Shown: positions 40,958 to 51,325 of the stretch, piece after piece
Layout of the letters: each line of letters starts with the position of its first letter
How positions within the stretch are numbered: position 1 is the stretch's first letter
NCBI GenBank assembly: GCA_965228855.1
Contig: CBDDIJ010000005.1
Location: forward strand, 1,408,001-1,472,000
Source: Candidatus Obscuribacterales bacterium
Lineage (GTDB): Bacteria; Cyanobacteriota; Vampirovibrionia; Obscuribacterales; Obscuribacteraceae
Length of the DNA: 64,000 nt
Direction of reading: 5' to 3'
Program-made: the position numbers and the translations under genes
The notes under the pieces: model-generated
Seen by the model: only the letters and a program-made list of their open reading frames with translations
Told to the model about the DNA's origin: nothing
Databases searched by the model: none

Positions 40958-43900
40958 CTAATCGGGTGACCGTGCCTGCGCCACGGAAAGTGCGGAGGAT
41001 GGAACAGTCGCCGAAGCCTGGCTTGAAACAGGCGCACAGAGATGCAAAACCCCTCCCAGAAGCTCGTCGATCGTATTCGAGAGTTCACATTGCGGCTGCC
41101 CTTTCGTGAGATGCCGTGTAACGCCTAGAGTAAGCGCACTGCGTTCGTCTGCGCTCAAATCCCTGCCGGAATAAATCACCAGCGGGGTGCTCGCGGCGTC
41201 CTCATGCTTCAAAACTTCAACTACCTGAAAGCCGTCTACTTGAGGCAATTGAACGTCCAAAACAATTATATCGGGAGCCTCTTTTCGCGTTAGGTAGATA
41301 GCCTCAAGCCCGTCCTTAGCCTCGATGCATTGAAGTCCGGCAGCGCGCAGCTGGGTTCTCAGCACCGTACGCGTGTCACTGTCATCGTCGACGACTAGCA
41401 CCTTACACCTGCCCGGAATTTTAATCGCGCGCTCCACGGCGACAGCCAACCTCTGTGTATCAAAGGGCTTTAAAAGCCAATCAACAATCGTCGCATTTCC
41501 AACAAATTTATTTTCAGTCTGTTCACCGGTGCTCACGATGACTGGCGTATCTATGGTCTTGGGGTTCGCGCGCAAGAACTCGAGCAGATCCAGACCACAG
41601 CCATCCGGTAGATTCAAATCCAAGATCACTACATCCGGAACTGAGGTTCTAAGATACTTCTTCGCTTCAGCAAGCGATGCAGTCCGAACGAATCGGTAAC
41701 CTTGATGCCGGATAACGGCACCAACTACGGTGGCGAAATCATCATCATCTTCGACTAGCAGAACCTTCCCTTTCTGCCGGCCAATCGCCTTGAGCTCAGC
41801 CGAGATTCTGTTTGCAGGACAGTCTTCGAGCGGCAGTTCAAACCAGAAAGTTGTTCCCTCATTTACAACGCTGTCGAGACCGATGGTGCCCTGATGTTGA
41901 TCCACCAGAGCTCGACATATCGCAAGGCCCAGCCCAGTTCCACCCTTTTGCCGGGTATCAGACGAGTCGATCTGTTGAAACTTATCGAAAAGTTTCGGTT
42001 TGTTTTCCTCTGCGATACCGCATCCCTGATCGGACACAGTGAAGCGAACGCGCTGATTATCCACGACGAAAGCATCGAATTCGACGACGCCACCCTCCGG
42101 AGAGAATTTAATTGCATTGGATCCCAGGTTCGTCAGTATCTGCACAACTTTGTCAGGATCAGCAAATACGATTTCGCGACAGTCTGTTTTGCAAATCAAA
42201 CTGACCTTGGACTCCTCGGCGAATCCAAGCAGTGACTCCACAGTTTTGCGCACTGGATCAACGGCTTCGAGTTTTTGTTTATAAAACTCCATTTTGCCAG
42301 CTTCAATTTTCTTCAGATCGAGCATATCGTTGATCAGGCGAATAAGCCGATCGGATGAGCCTCTGGCGACAGTAATTAATTCCATAAGCTGCGGACTTTC
42401 CGGAGTTATTATTCCGCCTTCGATAAGCCCCAGAGCACCTCGAATCGACGTAAGAGGAGTGCGCAATTCATGCGAAACCATGGAGTAGAACTCGCTCACT
42501 CGCTTTTCAGCAGCTTTGCGCTCAGTGATGTCACGCATAAACACCGATCTTCCGATAACCTGCTTTCTCTCATCATAGATAGGCTCTATGCAGAGAGCAG
42601 CTTCAACTGTTCGCCCATCCTTCTTGAGGACGGGCGCCTCTATGGATAGCCGGTCCTGACAGCGCTTGAACGCATCGAGATGTTCAAAATAGTGATCGAG
42701 TTGAGCAGGCGGTACAAGCATTGACGAACGGCGCCCACAAACCTCTTCTGCTGTGTATCCAAGCAAGTCCTCCGCGCCTTTGTTCCAACTAAGGATGACA
42801 CCATCTATGGTTTCACTAACAATTCCTTCACTGGCGGAATTGACCACTTTCGCAAGCTGGCGATTGGCGTATTCCACGCGGCCGCGAACAACGAATTGAC
42901 CGATCTGATGCGCAATTCCATCGAGCATAACGGTGTCCAATTCTTCCAGCAAATGTTCATGTTGTATGCAGAACTCCAGGACGCCGTATACATCTCCTCC
43001 CGCGAAGATCGGAATGGCAATAACGGTTTCCACCGAGGTGTCCTCGGCAAATTTAGAATCAGCAGTAAAACCGGCGAGGTTTTCTTGATGAACGACTTGC
43101 CGAGAGTCGGCAGCCTGGCGGGCGTGTTTAAACTGGCGCAGTGTCGACAGCAATTCTTTTGAAACGCGTGGTTGATGCTTTCCGATACTGCTGCACAGCT
43201 GAACCTCAGAAATACAGACCAGATCTCGGGACGACGGATCTAGCTCCCACATCGAGGCGCAGACCAACCCAACATCATGAAACAAACCGTTCGAGAGAGG
43301 CCCGAGAATTCGTGGCGCCGCTTCCTGCATCGATTCGCAATCAGCTAAGATTCGGGATACGTTGTACTGCGTTGCCACCTGCAATTCGCTATCCTGTAGC
43401 TCTCGAGTGCGTTCCGCGACCACGACCTCGATTCCATCGCGGGTAAGCTCGATTTCCGCCTGTCGGCGAGCATTCTGGCGCATCTCTGTGACATTCTCTC
43501 GACACGAGTTCATCAAAAATACGTCTTCGAAAATCACCCAGGCTGAGTGCTCAACCCAACGCCAGGGTTCAATTGAGGATACGCCATAAATCGACTGGGG
43601 AAAGGAAATTCCACGCAGCACATGATCGCCTGCGACAATTACCGTCGCAGACAACAATACCCGCCAATCCCTGTAAAAACTCAAAAATGCTAACGATCCA
43701 AACACATGAAAGTGAGTTTCAATGCGCCCTCCCGTTAGATGAATAAGCAGCGCCGAGTAAAGCATTTGCGCCACTGCGATCACGTGACGCGTCAAATCCT
43801 GCCCTGCGTGCCGCATCGAGAGATAGATCGGCCAGAACACGATCAAACCACCCAAGACCACACTGGTCCAAACATGGATGTGAACATCGCTGTACACGCC

Positions 43901-44068
43901 GGTCCACGCCCGCGGTGAAACCAGAACAGCAACTGCTATCCCAGCAAACCACTCGAACGCGAGTAGCAATCCAAATAGTCTATCGACCTTCGCTCGCACC
44001 GCTTTAATCTGTTCATCGAACAAAGCTTCAGAACGCCTACTGAGCTTGTCCGCTATAGAATTCGTCAT
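40958..44068 (-). CDS. Membrane hybrid histidine kinase (RedC-like TM sensor-GAF-PAS-HisKA-HATPase-2xREC)
   Basis: TM region LIHLTGGRIETHFHVF..YRDW, PAS (WNKGAEDLLGY), VSHELRTPL, two receivers; ATGA overlap with the upstream gene. Confidence 0.9.
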   Translation of the reverse strand: MTNSIADKLSRRSEALFDEQIKAVRAKVDRLFGLLLAFEWFAGIAVAVLVSPRAWTGVYSDVHIHVWTSVVLGGLIVFWPIYLSMRHAGQDLTRHVIAVAQMLYSALLIHLTGGRIETHFHVFGSLAFLSFYRDWRVLLSATVIVAGDHVLRGISFPQSIYGVSSIEPWRWVEHSAWVIFEDVFLMNSCRENVTEMRQNARRQAEIELTRDGIEVVVAERTRELQDSELQVATQYNVSRILADCESMQEAAPRILGPLSNGLFHDVGLVCASMWELDPSSRDLVCISEVQLCSSIGKHQPRVSKELLSTLRQFKHARQAADSRQVVHQENLAGFTADSKFAEDTSVETVIAIPIFAGGDVYGVLEFCIQHEHLLEELDTVMLDGIAHQIGQFVVRGRVEYANRQLAKVVNSASEGIVSETIDGVILSWNKGAEDLLGYTAEEVCGRRSSMLVPPAQLDHYFEHLDAFKRCQDRLSIEAPVLKKDGRTVEAALCIEPIYDERKQVIGRSVFMRDITERKAAEKRVSEFYSMVSHELRTPLTSIRGALGLIEGGIITPESPQLMELITVARGSSDRLIRLINDMLDLKKIEAGKMEFYKQKLEAVDPVRKTVESLLGFAEESKVSLICKTDCREIVFADPDKVVQILTNLGSNAIKFSPEGGVVEFDAFVVDNQRVRFTVSDQGCGIAEENKPKLFDKFQQIDSSDTRQKGGTGLGLAICRALVDQHQGTIGLDSVVNEGTTFWFELPLEDCPANRISAELKAIGRQKGKVLLVEDDDDFATVVGAVIRHQGYRFVRTASLAEAKKYLRTSVPDVVILDLNLPDGCGLDLLEFLRANPKTIDTPVIVSTGEQTENKFVGNATIVDWLLKPFDTQRLAVAVERAIKIPGRCKVLVVDDDSDTRTVLRTQLRAAGLQCIEAKDGLEAIYLTRKEAPDIIVLDVQLPQVDGFQVVEVLKHEDAASTPLVIYSGRDLSADERSALTLGVTRHLTKGQPQCELSNTIDELLGGVLHLCAPVSSQASATVPSSALSVAQARSPD

Positions 44069-44736
44069 TTACCAATTTCCTGTCCTACTGCGATTTCACA
44101 CTCAACCGGGTTTCCCAATGAGCAGCCAAAAACACCAGTCCTCGGGCAGCGTTGATCGCCATCTCTGACGATGGCAACAACGCTGTCCAAACCCTGGTTG
44201 TCGCCTTCATGTCCTCGGCTGCCAGTTATCCCCCCAACAAAGAGCAATTTGCCGTCGCCGCCAAACAACAGCGTCTCGCCGGACGTCGTAGCTTTGAACC
44301 GGCGGGACTCTCTAGCCCCGTCATCGGAAAAGACCTTCACACCTTGAATCTCAGAAGCGCGCCGCCAGTAGCTCGTCTTTTCCCAGTTTTGTTCAACCCC
44401 GTCCGGTTTGAGGAACACCGCATAGGCATTAACGTTCGGAGAACAGCGCGTCATTAGAATTGCCAACTCGCTCAAGCTGGCGTTCGTGCACGGACACTTT
44501 GGATGTATGAACATCACGAGATTCATCTTCCCGGTCGCCAACTCCAGAGCTGAGCCGCTAGGCCACACGGCCGGCGGTGGAACAACCTTTGCCGGCTTCG
44601 CCTCATAGGCAAGGAAGTGTGCATAGGCAACCAACACGGCGCATACCCACACCAGGCTCACGACCATAAACGGGAATAATTGACGGACCGGTTGCTGAGC
44701 CGTCTTGTCGCGATCAGAGATCCAAACAGAGTTCAT
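44065..44736 (-). CDS. RedB-like thioredoxin-fold membrane/periplasmic protein
   Basis: One TM helix, HPKCPCT.AS..EL, F.GGIT.SRGHEGDN, FGC. Confidence 0.7.
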   Translation of the reverse strand: MNSVWISDRDKTAQQPVRQLFPFMVVSLVWVCAVLVAYAHFLAYEAKPAKVVPPPAVWPSGSALELATGKMNLVMFIHPKCPCTNASLSELAILMTRCSPNVNAYAVFLKPDGVEQNWEKTSYWRRASEIQGVKVFSDDGARESRRFKATTSGETLLFGGDGKLLFVGGITGSRGHEGDNQGLDSVVAIVRDGDQRCPRTGVFGCSLGNPVECEIAVGQEIGK

Positions 44737-44751
44737 TCAATGCCACCATAT

Positions 44752-45138
44752 TCAGTGCACAAACACCTGTCCTAATATCTGCTTTATCTCGCCGGGCAAA
44801 GTCAACGGGTCGAACGGTTTACTGATAACGCCGGCAGCGCCGAGCTCGCAATAACTCGCGACCTCTGCTGTTTGGACTTTAGCCGTCATAAAAATTACCG
44901 GTGTTTGCGCCACTTCTTCCATCTCTCGCAGCTTCTGAAACGTCGTCGGTCCATCCATTCCCGGCATCATCACATCGAGCAATATGACATCGGGTTTGAA
45001 CTCCGAAATCAAAGCGAGTGCTTTGTTGCCGGAGTCGACGGTCTTCACCCCCCATTTGCCAACCTTAGACAAACTGATTTCCGCGATCATCAAAATAGAC
45101 AGGTCGTCGTCGACCATCAAAACTTTTTCTATTTCCAT
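44752..45138 (-). CDS. Single-domain response regulator
   Basis: VLMVDDD, LLDVMMPGMDG, FMTAK, KPFDP. Confidence 0.92.
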   Translation of the reverse strand: MEIEKVLMVDDDLSILMIAEISLSKVGKWGVKTVDSGNKALALISEFKPDVILLDVMMPGMDGPTTFQKLREMEEVAQTPVIFMTAKVQTAEVASYCELGAAGVISKPFDPLTLPGEIKQILGQVFVH

Positions 45139-45277
45139 CCGCCGCACCCCCGTGCTCCCCATCTCAATCATCGACCAGATGGCGCTTCTGGCGCATCACC
45201 CATATGGGCGTAACCGCAGGTGATTAAACAGGCTGACGAATCAACCGATCGAGTAATTTCGCCGACACCAGTAGAAG

Positions 45278-46303
45278 TTAGGAGAGCTGTTTCAACACCC
45301 AGAGGAGCTTTTCCTTCACGCGCTTTCGATGCGGAGAGCCGTCCTGCTTGTGTTTGAAGACCGAATAATTGGCAATAAACTGATCGTAGTTTTCGCTAAG
45401 CATTTCGACATTCGAATACTTCGGCTTCCAGCCAAGCGCTGTAAGCGGTTTCAAATCGAAGTAGAAATCTTCGCCGTAAGTCAAATAGTGCCAGGGCGCC
45501 AGGGGGCTGAGCCCAAACTTATCGAGCGCTTGCAGTGTTTCAATCGCCAGATGCTTCGGCAAATGTTTTACTTTCGTGTCGGTGCCCGCATGCTGGATGA
45601 GCGCAGTAAGAGTCTCTTCCAGCGTTCCGAACCGATCGGTTCCAACATTGTAAAACCCCGGTCTCTCTTGCCGGCAGAGAAACATATAGCAATCAATCAG
45701 ATCATCGGCATGTAAAAACTGAATCTTGTTTTTGCCGTCGCCCAGCACATAGATGTTTCGCCCCTCCTTGATCCACTCGAACAAAATCTGAAATATGCCG
45801 AGACGCCCGGTACCAATTAGAGTTCGCGGTCTAACGACAATCAGTGGCATGTTGTGTTGCTTCGCTACCTCTTCGACTGCGCGCTCGCCCTGGAGTTTCG
45901 AGAGACCATACTTTTCGACCGGCTTCAATGGCGTCTCGTTACCAGCTGGGCATGGGGGTTTACCGAATATCGCACTGGAGCTAGTGTGCACAAAATACTT
46001 CACACCAGCGCGCGCCGCCTCTTCTGCAACGATTCGGCTACCTTCAACGTTTACTTCGTTAAACTTGTCATTCTGCTTGGTGAGCGGCACGAGCGCCGCA
46101 GTGTGATGAACAACCTCGACATCCTTCATCAGACGCCGCACTAAATCGCGGTCCAGAACGCTGCCCAAAACGAACTCAACATCCGGTAACTGATCCGGCG
46201 CTTCCCAAACATCGAGCGACACCACCTGAATGCCCTTGGACAGGAGGCTTTCAGCGATCACCATTCCAAGAAATCCGCAACCTCCGGTAATTAAGTGCTT
46301 CAT
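45278..46303 (-). CDS. NAD-dependent epimerase/dehydratase (extended SDR)
   Basis: ITGGCGFLG, HTSSSA, YGLSK. Confidence 0.9.
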   Translation of the reverse strand: MKHLITGGCGFLGMVIAESLLSKGIQVVSLDVWEAPDQLPDVEFVLGSVLDRDLVRRLMKDVEVVHHTAALVPLTKQNDKFNEVNVEGSRIVAEEAARAGVKYFVHTSSSAIFGKPPCPAGNETPLKPVEKYGLSKLQGERAVEEVAKQHNMPLIVVRPRTLIGTGRLGIFQILFEWIKEGRNIYVLGDGKNKIQFLHADDLIDCYMFLCRQERPGFYNVGTDRFGTLEETLTALIQHAGTDTKVKHLPKHLAIETLQALDKFGLSPLAPWHYLTYGEDFYFDLKPLTALGWKPKYSNVEMLSENYDQFIANYSVFKHKQDGSPHRKRVKEKLLWVLKQLS

Positions 46304-46423
46304 CTCCCGCTCTTGTAATCTCCCCTGGGTTGTTCGTCCAATTAACTGTGATATCGTTGTGGGTGTATTCTCGCATGGTTTCCCTACCTCAGGTTCGAGG
46401 TCCTGGGCAATGGAGTTGTCGCT

Positions 46424-47383
46424 TTGACCTCTGATTCGAACACGATAGCAAGCGGACGCAGAGTAACCCTTGTCGTTCCTGGAAGTACCAGCAATTTGGG
46501 ACCCGGACTCGACACAATAGGACTGGCTCTAAACATTCAGAGCAAAATGACCTTCCACGTTGCGGACGAGAGCGAGGCGGCGAACATGCCCTTCGTCAAA
46601 CTATCAGGCGCTATAAGGAAAAGCCAGCCAGAGGACCAGGGAAAGCTCGTATACACGATTTTGAGCAAGATCTGGGAGCACGACAATGACCTGTTGAAGC
46701 GCGTGCGCATCACTGTGCAATCTGACATCCCGCTCGGTTGCGGGCTAGGCAGCTCGGCGAGCAGCATACTGGGCGCGCTGTGGGCGTCGTCGGTTTTTTG
46801 CGATAAAATTCCCACCGCTCAAACACTTCTCGCTGAAGGATGCGCTCTGGAAGGGCATCCGGAAACGCTTGCTGCAAGCCTCTACGGCGGCATGGTCGTT
46901 TGCGCGCCGAGCGTCAACGGTAATCGCATAATCACACAACAGATAGCCTGGCCGGACGATTGGCATATTCTGGCAGTGATTCCCGATTACACTTTGCACA
47001 CGGCGGACCTCCGAGCAGCGCTGCCCAAGCAGGTTAAACTAGAAGACGCAATCTTCAACGCCCAACGCGTCGGGCTCCTGGTCGCCGCCGTCACGCGCAG
47101 CGACGAATCGGCGATGAAAGAAGCGCTCAACGACAGGCTTCATGAACAATACCGCGAAAAATTTGTTCCGGAACTGAAACAGCTGCGCCGCGAACTCGTC
47201 AACGACCCTGTGATCGGCTGCGTCCTCAGCGGCGCCGGCTCGTCATGCGTCATCATCGTGAAAAGCAAGAAGAAAGAACAGGTAAAAGAACGCCTCGAAC
47301 ACTTCGCCCAAACCGCCGAAAAACCCCACCGCATCCTGGACCTCCAGGTCGCCAAAGAAGGCATGCAAGAACTCGAAATTTAG
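46424..47383 (+). CDS. thrB: Homoserine kinase
   Basis: VPGSTSNLGPGLD, IPLGCGLGSS, EGHP, DRLHEQYR, LSGAG. Confidence 0.92.
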   Translation: MTSDSNTIASGRRVTLVVPGSTSNLGPGLDTIGLALNIQSKMTFHVADESEAANMPFVKLSGAIRKSQPEDQGKLVYTILSKIWEHDNDLLKRVRITVQSDIPLGCGLGSSASSILGALWASSVFCDKIPTAQTLLAEGCALEGHPETLAASLYGGMVVCAPSVNGNRIITQQIAWPDDWHILAVIPDYTLHTADLRAALPKQVKLEDAIFNAQRVGLLVAAVTRSDESAMKEALNDRLHEQYREKFVPELKQLRRELVNDPVIGCVLSGAGSSCVIIVKSKKKEQVKERLEHFAQTAEKPHRILDLQVAKEGMQELEI

Positions 47384-47395
47384 AAAAAATTTTTA

Positions 47396-47590
47396 TCTAC
47401 TATATACCAGAGTATCAACATTTCCCCAAAACCCCTGTCCAGCCAGCCTTTCCAACCTCAGTCCTCCGTTTCAGGCTCAGTTTGGCTATCCCACGATGAC
47501 GGAATTCGCGAAATCTGTCTATGCCTGATAGACACCCAGAAGCGCTGCCAACAACACGCACGTCTTCTGGCGTCGCGAGTTTGCGAACGA
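47396..47590. repeat. Dispersed non-coding repeat, uninterrupted copy
   Basis: Co-linear blocks TCTACTATAT-19nt-CCCAAA..GTCCAG.CA..CTTTCC..TTTGGCTATCC..ATGACGGA..TAGACA are shared with 53298-53410 plus 54676 onward; right boundary approximate. Confidence 0.7.
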
Positions 47591-47649
47591 AGCAACAAAA
47601 CACATAGGAGGTTCAGTCGGTCCGGAAAAGAACTTCGTCTTCTACTGAT

Positions 47650-48012
47650 TCACCAGCTGCCCCGGAATAAGTTTAAGGCGCTTGTGAGCGCAATGGCGAG
47701 TACGTAGGCGAAGAGACAAATCGTCACTCCGAACAAGCAAAATTTATAGAACCCGCTGCGAAGTTCGTACCCCCTATCTTTCGCGAAGACGTGTAGCAAC
47801 AATCGAACCGGCGGCAAAATCAAAAAAGATAGGAAGAACCGCAGGCTCCAGCCGTCGTTGAAGCCCCACGTGAATCCGAGCACCAAGCAAAAGAAAATCA
47901 GAGCGACGTAAATCGTCCTGGCACGAAGACGCTTCGCCAGATCCACAGCCACCACTAAGGTAGTTGCTATCCAGCCGAGGTAAAAAGCGACAATACAATA
48001 GACCACACTCAT
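47650..48012 (-). CDS. Small 4-TM membrane protein, paralog A
   Basis: WIATT..RTIY..GFTW..PPVRL..GYELR..YKF. Confidence 0.75.
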   Translation of the reverse strand: MSVVYCIVAFYLGWIATTLVVAVDLAKRLRARTIYVALIFFCLVLGFTWGFNDGWSLRFFLSFLILPPVRLLLHVFAKDRGYELRSGFYKFCLFGVTICLFAYVLAIALTSALNLFRGSW

Positions 48013-48050
48013 ACGCCACCACCAACGACACCACCGAACAGACTAGACCT

Positions 48051-48452
48051 TCAACCATGCGACGGCATATTTTGAAACGCCCAGGTCGCGAGCATCGTCA
48101 ACCCCAATGCCGACATTACGCTCGCCCCAAACACCGCGCGGCGATACAGCGCAAACTGACCCAGGTAATCACCTTTTGCTTTGTTCAAGAAATACACCAC
48201 TGTTCTCACCGGAGCAATCGCCAGGAAAAACACCGGGAGGTACTCAACAATCGCCCACGCCTGCGACCAAAGAAAACCAATCGTCAGGAAACTCCCCATC
48301 AAAATCAGGTAAATCGTTCGCGCCTTAAACCGAAAAGAATGGCAGAAAAACTCAACGCAGATCGCGCCCACGACCGCAAAATAAGCGGCGGCGAGAATCG
48401 TCAGAAAGAACGAAAGTGCAAAACCGATTGCTACTATGCCTAAACCGTTCAC
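48051..48452 (-). CDS. Small 4-TM membrane protein, paralog B
   Basis: VEF..RTIYL..GFLW..APVR. Confidence 0.72.
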   Translation of the reverse strand: MNGLGIVAIGFALSFFLTILAAAYFAVVGAICVEFFCHSFRFKARTIYLILMGSFLTIGFLWSQAWAIVEYLPVFFLAIAPVRTVVYFLNKAKGDYLGQFALYRRAVFGASVMSALGLTMLATWAFQNMPSHG

Positions 48453-48563
48453 AAGCAGAGTCCCTCGATGAATTTGACTCGACCTACTCCTTGTTCTTGA
48501 GTCTAAAACGATCTTACAAGCTCCTTGATTTGTACGCTTGCCTCACCTATCATCCGTTTCCCT

Positions 48564-48959
48564 TCAACGCGCCAGGCTGACGTACAACACCATAACGATC
48601 CCAGTAAGAGCGAGAATCACAGCAACAAAACCCGCAGGAACCGACGAACTCATCACGAGAGTTTTGTACCTGGGATGCGTGAACAGCCTGTCATTTTCTG
48701 GCTTTATAAAGCGGCTTACAAACAACCTGAGCGGACAAAGTCCCAAAATTGCAACTCCCAAAAGGATCGCTCCCCAACAACTGTTCCATGTGAGTCCGAA
48801 AATCACAGAGAGTGCGACGAGGCTTGCATAAAAGTAAGTGGGGTGCGTTTTTGCGACAAGCGAGCCAAGCTCAGCTGCGACATAGATCGTGGTACCGAGC
48901 CAAACAAGCACAAAGGTTCCGGCGGTCAAGCAAACGAAAACTATAGCCAGTTGTCCCAT
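48564..48959 (-). CDS. Small 4-TM membrane protein, paralog C
   Basis: WLGTT..AEL..GLTW..CPLRL..YK..SSVP. Confidence 0.72.
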   Translation of the reverse strand: MGQLAIVFVCLTAGTFVLVWLGTTIYVAAELGSLVAKTHPTYFYASLVALSVIFGLTWNSCWGAILLGVAILGLCPLRLFVSRFIKPENDRLFTHPRYKTLVMSSSVPAGFVAVILALTGIVMVLYVSLAR

Positions 48960-49037
48960 TGTTCACTTACCGTCTAAAGGTCCTGAAACCTATTGTACAG
49001 CGAGGTGACGAATGGAGGTAACTTGCACCACATGTCG

Positions 49038-49688
49038 TCACGGTAGCGGTATATTCGGTCCTCGACGGAATTTGTCAGGGTCAGTATCAGCTCCCAGCCC
49101 AAATCTTCTTTGCCACTTCAGCGGAACAGAAATGCGCTGTTTCACATCGCCGTTCCATTCAGGCTTGAAACCGTTCTCGCGCATAACATCGCAAATCTCT
49201 TGCGCTATCGAAACACCATCAAAACCCTCACAAGCCGAATGTGCAAGCCAAAGTTCACGCCCGGCAATCGCACCTTCGACGTCCTGCCCGTGATAGACGC
49301 AGCCGCCGCGAACCTTCGACACCAGTCCCGCCGCCTTCCACTCGTCGTAAACCAGCTCATTCCAATCAGACCAGGCATCGCTCATAGTGTAGCCCAAGTT
49401 CTCAGCACTCAAAATACCGCGGGACGTCAGCTTTTCGAACGCTTTTGTCAAACGGTCGCAATCGGTTTCATCCGGCCAAGTGCGCTCTGCTTCAGCCTTT
49501 TTATCGAACTCCTGCTGCACCAGGGTCGAAACCAACTCCTCATCGACCTCGTCTGGTGGCTCGTCCGAGAATTGCCCCTCCTCTACCGCCTCGAGCGCAG
49601 CTTCAAGAATTTCCTCGGGCGTGCAAAAACCGCTCCAGACCTGTAACGGAAGGAAGTTCTCCTTCAGTTCAACATACGCTTCGTGCAT
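49038..49688 (-). CDS. Acidic hypothetical protein, DUF6891-like
   Basis: WPDETDCDRL..AF..L...GI, YHGQD, W.G....RI...WQRR; start set at ATG 49688. Confidence 0.7.
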   Translation of the reverse strand: MHEAYVELKENFLPLQVWSGFCTPEEILEAALEAVEEGQFSDEPPDEVDEELVSTLVQQEFDKKAEAERTWPDETDCDRLTKAFEKLTSRGILSAENLGYTMSDAWSDWNELVYDEWKAAGLVSKVRGGCVYHGQDVEGAIAGRELWLAHSACEGFDGVSIAQEICDVMRENGFKPEWNGDVKQRISVPLKWQRRFGLGADTDPDKFRRGPNIPLP

Positions 49689-49969
49689 TCTAAAAACCCT
49701 TTTTTCACGTAGCCATATTTTACCGCTGACGAAGTCGATGCCTGCGTCAATAGCTATTGAAATTTGGCGCAATTTTACCATTCGCGCTAAGCTTGAGGTT
49801 GAATCTCTGTTCGGCACTTAACTGCGATTTTCTTCGAAGATTGTATGTCGCAATTGCCTTCTTGGAGATCCAAAACACGACCACCTGAGGATACAACCTA
49901 TGCGAGCGATCGCACCACAAAACCTCACCGTATGTGGTGCCATCCTCCTCTAACTGCCGTGGTGTTGCG

Positions 49970-50344
49970 ATGTTGTTCATGTTGGTTATTGCATTACTTG
50001 GTCTCTACGTGTTTTTCTGGATCGGCACAACTTGTATCATCGTTGTAGAATTCGCTAGACAGTTCAGCACGAGAACTTTGTACCTGGCCTTAATCACCCT
50101 TTTTCTGCTGCTTGGTCTCACTTGGTGTTCAAATTCACCAGCATGGTGCCTAGGAGGAGTATGCGCCAGTTGCTTCGTTCTTCCGGCGGTGCGGCTTTGG
50201 TTGCACCTTTCATTTGCGTCGGAAGGCTACGAACTTCGAGGCGACAGAGGCTACAAGTTTCTTGTCTACGGGTCAACCATTCCAATTTGCACGGTCTTCA
50301 CGCTGATCTTCATATCGCTTCTGTTCATTGCCATGAAAACATAA
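49970..50344 (+). CDS. Small 4-TM membrane protein, paralog D
   Basis: WIGTT..VEF..RTLY..GLTW..PAVRL..GYELR..YKF; closest to paralog A, opposite orientation. Confidence 0.75.
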   Translation: MLFMLVIALLGLYVFFWIGTTCIIVVEFARQFSTRTLYLALITLFLLLGLTWCSNSPAWCLGGVCASCFVLPAVRLWLHLSFASEGYELRGDRGYKFLVYGSTIPICTVFTLIFISLLFIAMKT

Positions 50345-50446
50345 TTCAACCACAGCGCTGTCGATGGAGCGTTCTGATGCGGCGATGACACCTACCAGTG
50401 CTATCGGATTCTTTGAATAGCAAGACAACTTGAGTAGCCTTTCAGC

Positions 50447-50842
50447 TCACAGCGAAACAAGCCAAACTATTGCCACTGCGCAAAGTCCTAGGATTGACAC
50501 CGTCGCGCTAAAGAACACTCCATAACAGAAAAACTGATTTTGGTCTAACCAGTCTTTAGCAGACGATGCTGGGTTCCGGCGCGCAGCAGCGAGAACTCGA
50601 AGCGGAGCAATTAACAGCACAGGGACTTCGACGACTAGCGCGTTATCGAAGCGAAACCAAAGCAATCCAATGGCCGTACTAGCGAAAATGACGAAGAGAT
50701 ACAACCTCCAGCTTTTGTATCTGCCCAATTTCAGAACGAACTCAACTACTATTGCCAGCTGAATACAGATATAAGCGAGCGGCAAAAGCGCTGCCAGCGC
50801 CAGCGAAATAGGTCCCACCCAATTGGCAGAAATCGATCCCAT
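50447..50842 (-). CDS. Small 4-TM membrane protein, paralog E
   Basis: VEF..RLYL..GLLW..APLR; closest to paralog B. Confidence 0.7.
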   Translation of the reverse strand: MGSISANWVGPISLALAALLPLAYICIQLAIVVEFVLKLGRYKSWRLYLFVIFASTAIGLLWFRFDNALVVEVPVLLIAPLRVLAAARRNPASSAKDWLDQNQFFCYGVFFSATVSILGLCAVAIVWLVSL

Positions 50843-50917
50843 AGCATTATGCTAGCGCAACATAAGATTGAGTGCTCCAGCACAGGCAATCGCGTTCTGG
50901 CAACGACACTTAGCTTT

Positions 50918-51325
50918 TCACGTGCCCAAAAGTGACGTTAAGAACGTGAATCCGTAGACAAATGCGACTCCTGCTCCAGCCAAACCCATCAACCCGGTCG
51001 GAACACTTGAAAGAACGAGCATCCATCTGTAATCCGAATTTGCTACAACCGGGTCTCTCGGAATTTGCACCACACGGGAGAGTAAAAGACGGAGGGGACA
51101 TATAGAAATTGCGAGACACAGAAGAAAAAAACAGCTCCAGGGCTTGTTCCATAAGAGTCCGCAAAGAGCCGACAGAGCTATGACTAGGCGGTTGCGTATT
51201 GCCTGGACGCCGATTTTGTTTGCGCCCCAGTAGTCGCGACAAACTCCACATCGCGACAGCTCGCGCCCGCTCCGCAAACGCCCGCTAATTGTTAACAGAT
51301 CAAAAAGAGATCTCCGAGTTCTCAT
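50918..51325 (-). pseudogene. Paralog F with a degenerate or truncated N-terminus
   Basis: The C-terminal part matches paralog C (GLLWN..CPLRL..SSVP), but a hydrophilic sequence replaces the first TM helix. Confidence 0.5.

Noticed and set aside
47650..51325. Integron cassette array
   Set aside because: No attC-like RYYYAAC/GTTRRRY palindromes found between genes, mixed orientation, no integrase.
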